Source: Oligoflexia bacterium
Lineage (GTDB): Bacteria; Bdellovibrionota; UBA1018
Direction: 5' to 3'
Assembly (NCBI GenBank): GCA_043732485.1
Contig: JAYTHP010000231.1
Span: 1 to 23,003, forward strand
DNA: 23,003 nt
Part shown: piece by piece, positions 18,059 through 23,003 of the stretch
Layout: every line of letters begins with the position of its first letter
How positions within the stretch are numbered: position 1 is the stretch's first letter
Translations under genes and position numbers: made by a program
Notes under the pieces: generated by a model
Told to the model about the DNA's origin: nothing
The model's database searches: none
Seen by the model: only the letters and a program-made list of their open reading frames with translations

Positions 18059-19498
18059 TCACACCAAGCCCAGATCCTCACGCAGAGCATCGTGCACCGT
18101 CGGACGAAAGTGCTTAAGCGCCAGCGGGTTGCCGCCTGAGGGATGCTGCCAGTTCGTCAGCAAAACCACCGCCGAGCCCACCACAGGATCCATCCACAGC
18201 GAAACGCCGGTAAACCCCAGGTGACCGATCGACTGCGGGCTAAAATAGCGTCCTGCAAGCGAGCCCTGAGGTGCAGGCTGATCCCAGCCCAGCGCTCTCG
18301 TTAAGGCAACGCGGCGCGGGGGAAACTCCTCGGGAAAAAGTGCACTGACTGGAGATTCCATTTCCTGCCGCACGCGGGGCGACACACACCCGCCCTGCAT
18401 CCAACCACGCGCAAAGGCTAGCACGTCAGCAACTGAGCCAAACACTCCCGCATGTCCTGCCACACCGCCCATGAACCAGGCATTATCGTCATCGACCTCA
18501 GCTGCGCCAGGCTGCCTGCGAGCGCGGCGCCATTCACCACGCAAGGAAGCCTCTAAGGTAGGCGCGATGATCCACGACGAGGACCCCCCCCCTCCCCTCC
18601 ACAAGTCAGCAGGCTGCCAGCCGCCCAGTAACTGACAACGCCTGCCGACCACCGACGACGACGACGACGACGACGACGTCGTCGTCCTGCGAAAATGCAG
18701 CCCGGTAATGCCCATCGGCCCCCACAAGTCTTCTTGCGCCGCCTGATCGAGCGGTTTTTGGAAGATTGCCTCCACGACCCAGCCTAGCAAGAGGAACGAC
18801 ACATCAGAATAAAGCTCACGGTAGCCCACTGCCGCTCCGTCAAGTGGTGTGGTGGTCATCACGCTTGCGCGCATCAACGCCTGCCGCCTCTCAAACGTCA
18901 GCGCTTGCCCCCCACCCGCAACGAGTTGCTGCCAGTAAGGCAGATGGGCCGGCAAGCCTGCCGTATGGCTTAAAAGATGAAAAATCTTGATTTGTGGGTG
19001 GGGAAAATCAGGCAAAAAGCGCTGAACCGGATCGTGCCAGGCCAACCACCCGCGCTGTCGGGCGAGACCGATCAAAGGCGCCGTCGCTAGCACCTTGGTG
19101 AGCGACGCCAGATCAAACTGCGTCTCGCTCGTCATGGGGAGCACCGCAGGCCGCACGCTGCGGGCACCCACTGCGGCCACCTGAAAGGCCTCACCCGGTT
19201 GTTCGCGGCTTTCTAACGCAGACGACGCCGCTGCTGCTGCTGCTACTTGCCAAAAACCCAACACCGCGCCAGGGGCCACGCTGCACCCCACAGAACCCTG
19301 CTGATGAAGAGGAAGAGGACAATGCCGATGACCATCATTCGCCGCCGATCCCAGCCCATTCAGCTTCTCCGCGCACGCCACCCCTTCTCTGAGCGCCTGC
19401 CAGACGCGAGGAAATTTTTGCTGCGAGAGCATGTTCAAGGGTAGCGTTTGCAGCAAGAGTGGGGGCTGCCGCAAAGTGAACTGAACTGGGAACTGCAA
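18059..19498 (-). CDS. Beta-lactamase-fold serine hydrolase (AmiE/EstA-like, class C-related)
   Basis: FDLASLTK (SxxK), LLSHTAGL, YSD, DDNA...GGVAGHAGVF, GHLGFTGVSLWMDP and LLTN. Start is either TTG 19498 (G-rich SD) or ATG 19432. Confidence 0.88.
   Translation of the reverse strand: MQFPVQFTLRQPPLLLQTLPLNMLSQQKFPRVWQALREGVACAEKLNGLGSAANDGHRHCPLPLHQQGSVGCSVAPGAVLGFWQVAAAAAASSALESREQPGEAFQVAAVGARSVRPAVLPMTSETQFDLASLTKVLATAPLIGLARQRGWLAWHDPVQRFLPDFPHPQIKIFHLLSHTAGLPAHLPYWQQLVAGGGQALTFERRQALMRASVMTTTPLDGAAVGYRELYSDVSFLLLGWVVEAIFQKPLDQAAQEDLWGPMGITGLHFRRTTTSSSSSSSSVVGRRCQLLGGWQPADLWRGGGGSSSWIIAPTLEASLRGEWRRARRQPGAAEVDDDNAWFMGGVAGHAGVFGSVADVLAFARGWMQGGCVSPRVRQEMESPVSALFPEEFPPRRVALTRALGWDQPAPQGSLAGRYFSPQSIGHLGFTGVSLWMDPVVGSAVVLLTNWQHPSGGNPLALKHFRPTVHDALREDLGLV
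18654..18686. repeat. (GAC)8(GTC)3 microsatellite within the serine hydrolase
   Basis: Read directly. 18669-18686 is a perfect 18-bp palindrome. Encodes TTTSSSSSSSS. Confidence 0.95.
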
Positions 19499-19603
19499 AT
19501 AACCCCCCTTAACGCGCTTCGCTTCCTGTTTCCTCTCGCACTTCGCGGCCGCTTTTGGCTCGAAAGCCTCGAGAAAAGCTTTGTGCGCTGCCGGGGCCTC
19601 AGT

Positions 19604-20794
19604 TTACCAAACTCGCTCGGTGAAATTCTCAGCAATAATCCGCGGCACGCCTTCTTCCTCGGCAATCCATAGAATTTTCGTTCCCCGCGAGCGGTGCCCA
19701 AGCGGGACGACCGAGGTTTTTTGCGGCTGCGGCTGACTGCCATCAGCCACAAGCACCGAAGGCCTAGAGCCGGGAGGAACCTCTACTAGTCCTTTCACGA
19801 GCTCACTGGACGACGACAGCTCAGAGACGCTCGACTTCCCTGACTTTAAGGTCGAGAGATAATTTTGGGTAAACGTCACCACCGAGTACTTCGGATGACG
19901 ATAAAAGCGAATCGCCTCAGGATTGATCTGAATCGAGCTGTACTTACGGTTCAACCCTGACTTATAGGCGCCCCAGGCTTGCTTGTTTTTGCCTTGGGAA
20001 GAAAAGCCTGAGTGATAGCTTGCCAAGTAAGAGTCAAAGTTTTTGTTTTCCCACGCTTGCACCCACGTCTGAAAAAACTGTTGCAAAGGCGAGTGACGGG
20101 GAGGCGCTAAATAATCGGGCGTGAGCTCTGAGAAGATTAAAATCGGGGTCAAACCTAAGCGAATATGGGACTTTAACTCCTGAATCTCCTGGTTATCGAC
20201 CACCACACAGCCTTCACTATCAAAATCTCGCTTCAACCGCTCAGGCTCATTGGTGGCGTGCAACATAATGCCTGAACCCTTGCGCCCCATCAGTTGATCA
20301 TAGGAATTAGGGTAATTGAGCAAGAACGCCATCGCCCCAAATTTCTTCTGCAAGAGCGGGGGATTGAGCTGGGCTTGAAAGAGATAAATCCCTTCCGGTG
20401 TTTTCAAATCACTTTCAAATTCCTTATCGCCTGGCTTCTTTCCCAAGGTCGCGTGATAGGTTTTTACGATCTGATAATAATCCTGCACATGGTGCACAAG
20501 ATGCAAGAGATTGGTTTTTTTATCCACAAGTAGCAGCGACGAATTAGCGCCAGACAAAGAGGGGGCTTTGGGCGCCTGCGCTTCTGGCTGTACTTCTGAC
20601 GTCTTGCTCACCTGCAAGCCCTGCACGCTGCTGACGCCGCTACTGTCTACTGGCAACGGCGCCACCCGTTGCTCACTCCAAGCCGATGACAGGAACCCGG
20701 TGCTCCAGTAGGCAAGCAAGCCTGCGACTCTCAGCGAGGTAATGGTCAGCGGGAAACTCATTTTTTTTCTCTTACTTTTCTTTTCTTCGCTCAT
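19604..20794 (-). CDS. L,D-transpeptidase/carboxypeptidase (YkuD) with C-terminal NTF2-like domain, Csd6/Pgp2/Bd1075-like
   Basis: GDKEFESDLKTPEGIY, LNYPNSYD, GSGIMLHA...SEGCVV (catalytic His/Cys), then WVQAWENKNFDSYLASY...VTFTQNY...GTKILW...IIAE. Start chosen at ATG 20794 with AAGGA upstream; the track gives 20893. Confidence 0.88.
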   Translation of the reverse strand: MSEEKKSKRKKMSFPLTITSLRVAGLLAYWSTGFLSSAWSEQRVAPLPVDSSGVSSVQGLQVSKTSEVQPEAQAPKAPSLSGANSSLLLVDKKTNLLHLVHHVQDYYQIVKTYHATLGKKPGDKEFESDLKTPEGIYLFQAQLNPPLLQKKFGAMAFLLNYPNSYDQLMGRKGSGIMLHATNEPERLKRDFDSEGCVVVDNQEIQELKSHIRLGLTPILIFSELTPDYLAPPRHSPLQQFFQTWVQAWENKNFDSYLASYHSGFSSQGKNKQAWGAYKSGLNRKYSSIQINPEAIRFYRHPKYSVVTFTQNYLSTLKSGKSSVSELSSSSELVKGLVEVPPGSRPSVLVADGSQPQPQKTSVVPLGHRSRGTKILWIAEEEGVPRIIAENFTERVW

Positions 20795-20837
20795 GCGCTT
20801 TTCCTTCGCTTTTTCGTCCAAATCCGATGCTTTTAGT

Positions 20838-21590
20838 TTAAGAACAAAAAATTTTTCCAAAACGAAAACTCCAGACTCGTAAAAGAGCCTCAAAAATAAT
20901 TTTTTTACTCATCTTCGAGTGACCCACCTTGCGATCTTCAAAGAGGATTGGAAATTCAACGATGCGAAATTGCTTTTTTGCCGCTCGGTATTTCAGTTCA
21001 ATTTGAAAGGAGTAGCCATCCGAGCGCAAGCTCCCTAGCTCCACGGCCTCTAACACCTCACGCCGCCAGCCGTTAAATCCCCCAGTAAAATCCGCCAGGG
21101 CAACCCCGAGAATCCGCCTAGCGTAAAAACTACCGCCGCGACTCAAAAGCCGTCTGGCCAGGCTCCAGTTTTTCGTCCCCCCCCCTGGCACATAGCGAGA
21201 GCCGATCACCACGTCAAAATCCACGAGCTTCTGGATCATCGGCGCTAGAAATTGCGGATCATGGGAGAAATCGGCGTCCATCTCAATCAAAACATCAAAA
21301 CCCCGCTGCAAACCCCATAAAAAACCATGCACATAGGCCGTACCTAAGCCCAGCTTCTGGGCCCGGTGCTCACTGTGTAAACGCCCGGGATACGCGGTCT
21401 TGAGCTTTTGTACCCGCTCACCGGTGCCATCTGGGGAGCCGTCGTCCACGACTAACACCTCAGCTTGGGTCACCAAGGCCGACAAAAGCGAGGTTTCACC
21501 GGGGACCGGCAAGAGTGAAAAAATGCGCGCTAACAGCGGCTCGATGTTGTCAATCTCGTTGTAGGTGGGAATAATAATCAGGATCTTCAC
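20838..21590 (-). CDS. Polyprenol monophosphomannose synthase-like glycosyltransferase (GT2, DPM1/Ppm1-like)
   Basis: IIPTYNE, VDDGSPDGT, KLGLGTAY, MDADFSHDP, GSRYVPGG, DFTGGF, GYSFQIE and GHSKMS. GTG start. Confidence 0.93.
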   Translation of the reverse strand: MKILIIIPTYNEIDNIEPLLARIFSLLPVPGETSLLSALVTQAEVLVVDDGSPDGTGERVQKLKTAYPGRLHSEHRAQKLGLGTAYVHGFLWGLQRGFDVLIEMDADFSHDPQFLAPMIQKLVDFDVVIGSRYVPGGGTKNWSLARRLLSRGGSFYARRILGVALADFTGGFNGWRREVLEAVELGSLRSDGYSFQIELKYRAAKKQFRIVEFPILFEDRKVGHSKMSKKIIFEALLRVWSFRFGKIFCS

Positions 21591-21653
21591 GCGCAGCTTC
21601 TCGTCTCGTCACTTTTCACGTTGTCACTCTTCACGCTCATTGCCTCAAGCTCA

Positions 21654-21701
21654 TGAACTTCAGTTCACATTGATCAGTAATTGATCGTTAATTGATCGTT
21701 A
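21654..21701. repeat. TGAAC-N4-GTTCA palindrome plus three 11-bp GATC-containing tandem repeats upstream of the GT2 gene
   Basis: 21654-67 tgaac-ttca-gttca; 21669-79 attgatcagta; 21680-90 and 21691-701 attgatcgtta. Confidence 0.85.
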
Positions 21702-22134
21702 TTGGTTTGCCTTCCGCGGCTCCCCCCCCCTCTGTTTTAAGCAAAATGACTCTTCTGCTCCTCTTTTCTTCACGCCACAAGAACTTTTGTGTGGTCGAAG
21801 ACGGGCAAGCAAGAGTCAAGATCTCATTTTAGGCTCATCGTCTCAGGAAAACGGGGCATTCTACCCGTACCAACCCCGTCGTGCCCCCCTTAATGATACT
21901 TTGAACGGGCGTCAATTTGCTAAAAGATTCTGAGGCCTCGGATTTTTTTTTGAAAAAATCAGAAAAACTTCCAAGCCAAGTGTCCCCCCGTTCACCACCG
22001 ACACCGACACACCTCCCCCCACCTTCTTCCGTGAAGCGAGCCACACACACACTCTCACTCACCTTGAGTTTTTTAAGCTCCTAAGCGGTGGGAGGACCCT
22101 ACTTCCGTACTGGGCACAACCCCGTAAACTGACC

Positions 22135-23003
22135 CTAAAGACTACGATCCCTTTCAAAAACTTTAGGGCCACTTTCAGCAAGCAAAAGCGGAACCAGAGG
22201 CACCATCGGCGCCTCAGCCTCCCGCGCTTGCCCCTGAAGCTCTAGCCTATCACCCTCATCCGCCGCTAACGCTACCACTAACGCCGTCTTCTGCTGCTGT
22301 CGATGCAAACACCACCCATAGCCTAGCGCGCACACTCCAGTCAGCGCGGCTCCTAGCACAAGCGAAGGCACGCGCGCCAGCACCCCTTGATAACACCAAC
22401 CCGAGAGCAACGCTCCGACGCCGATCCCTGCTTCCATGGCAATGTACAACGTTCCTAAGGCCTTACCGCGATTCGCGCGGTGACTCAAACCCACCGTCCA
22501 AGCATTGAGCGCAGGCGACAGCATGCCGGTGGACAGACCATAAAGAACCGCTCCCGCTAGTAATCCCGTGCGGGTCTGCACCAGACCTAAGATCGCAAGC
22601 GCACTGGCAAACCCCGTTAACCCGAGTGCCATGACCGGGGCGCGCCCGTAGCGATCCGAGCATTTTCCTGCAAAAAGTCTGATCGTTAGCGAGGAACCCG
22701 AAAGCACTAAAAAAAAGTAACCGCGGTTTTTAAACCCTAAAAACTCACTCCAGTCCGGCATTAAAGTCAAAAGCGTGCCGTAAGCCAGATAAATGAGAAA
22801 AGCGATGAAGGAAAGCGGTAAGACCTCAGGAGCAAACCAATCTTGGCGCTTCACTCGTAGCAATTTAAAGGAAAAGGGCACCGGATGCTTTAAAGTCTCC
22901 TTCTGATTGACTAAAATCAAGACCGAAACCAAAGCAAAGCAAGCGGAGAATTGAAAAAGCGCTTGAAAGGAACTGACCCGGTGAATCCAGCTTCCTAAAA
23001 CTG
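22135..23003 (-). CDS. MFS transporter, C-terminal half; 5' end outside the window
   Basis: The frame stays open to the right edge (VLGSWIHRVSSFQALFQFSACFALVSVL...). MFS motif-A-like GKCSDRYGR, NRGKALG and multiple TM helices. Confidence 0.9.
   Translation of the reverse strand, partial: VLGSWIHRVSSFQALFQFSACFALVSVLILVNQKETLKHPVPFSFKLLRVKRQDWFAPEVLPLSFIAFLIYLAYGTLLTLMPDWSEFLGFKNRGYFFLVLSGSSLTIRLFAGKCSDRYGRAPVMALGLTGFASALAILGLVQTRTGLLAGAVLYGLSTGMLSPALNAWTVGLSHRANRGKALGTLYIAMEAGIGVGALLSGWCYQGVLARVPSLVLGAALTGVCALGYGWCLHRQQQKTALVVALAADEGDRLELQGQAREAEAPMVPLVPLLLAESGPKVFERDRSL

Noticed and set aside
21654..21667. Gram-positive-type LexA (Cheo) box GAAC-N4-GTTC
   Set aside because: The flanks are T/A rather than C/G, the downstream gene is not an SOS gene, and the inferred lineage is not known to use this box. 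Kept only as an unassigned palindrome.
21669..21701. oriC unwinding element or CRISPR-like array
   Set aside because: No DnaA-box cluster or origin-linked genes; the repeats are contiguous 11-mers with no spacers and there are no cas genes.
21835..22062. 75-aa minus-strand ORF between the MFS and GT2 genes
   Set aside because: Low-complexity, repeat-derived sequence with no motif; probably intergenic.

Overview
A 23 kb bacterial chromosomal segment. Its gene content points to Bdellovibrionota/Oligoflexia or a related deltaproteobacterial lineage (inference). From left to right it holds: the 5' part of an unlisted, probably exported hypothetical gene running off the left edge; a complete alternative complex III operon (actABCDEF, minus strand) with no actG or oxidase genes directly after it; a divergent signalling block, with a TraF/FadL-like outer-membrane barrel coupled to a degenerate PP2C/SpoIIE protein on minus and a stand-alone HD-GYP plus a membrane Hanks Ser/Thr kinase on plus, the plus-strand pair each behind a sigma28-like promoter; a peptidoglycan editing/recycling cluster (mpl, beta-lactamase-fold serine hydrolase, YkuD+NTF2 L,D-peptidase) interrupted by a 1.3 kb decayed island containing a frameshifted transposase HTH remnant and a CopG/BrnA antitoxin pseudogene; a DPM1-like GT2; and a 5'-truncated MFS transporter. 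No rRNA, tRNA, CRISPR array or intact mobile element was seen. The most unusual signal is window-wide: eight C8-C10 runs all on the plus strand, triplet microsatellites, short tandem duplications, and low-complexity insertions in the loops and termini of conserved proteins. Several promoters also appear to produce leaderless mRNAs. All calls come from reading motifs by eye; no searches were run.
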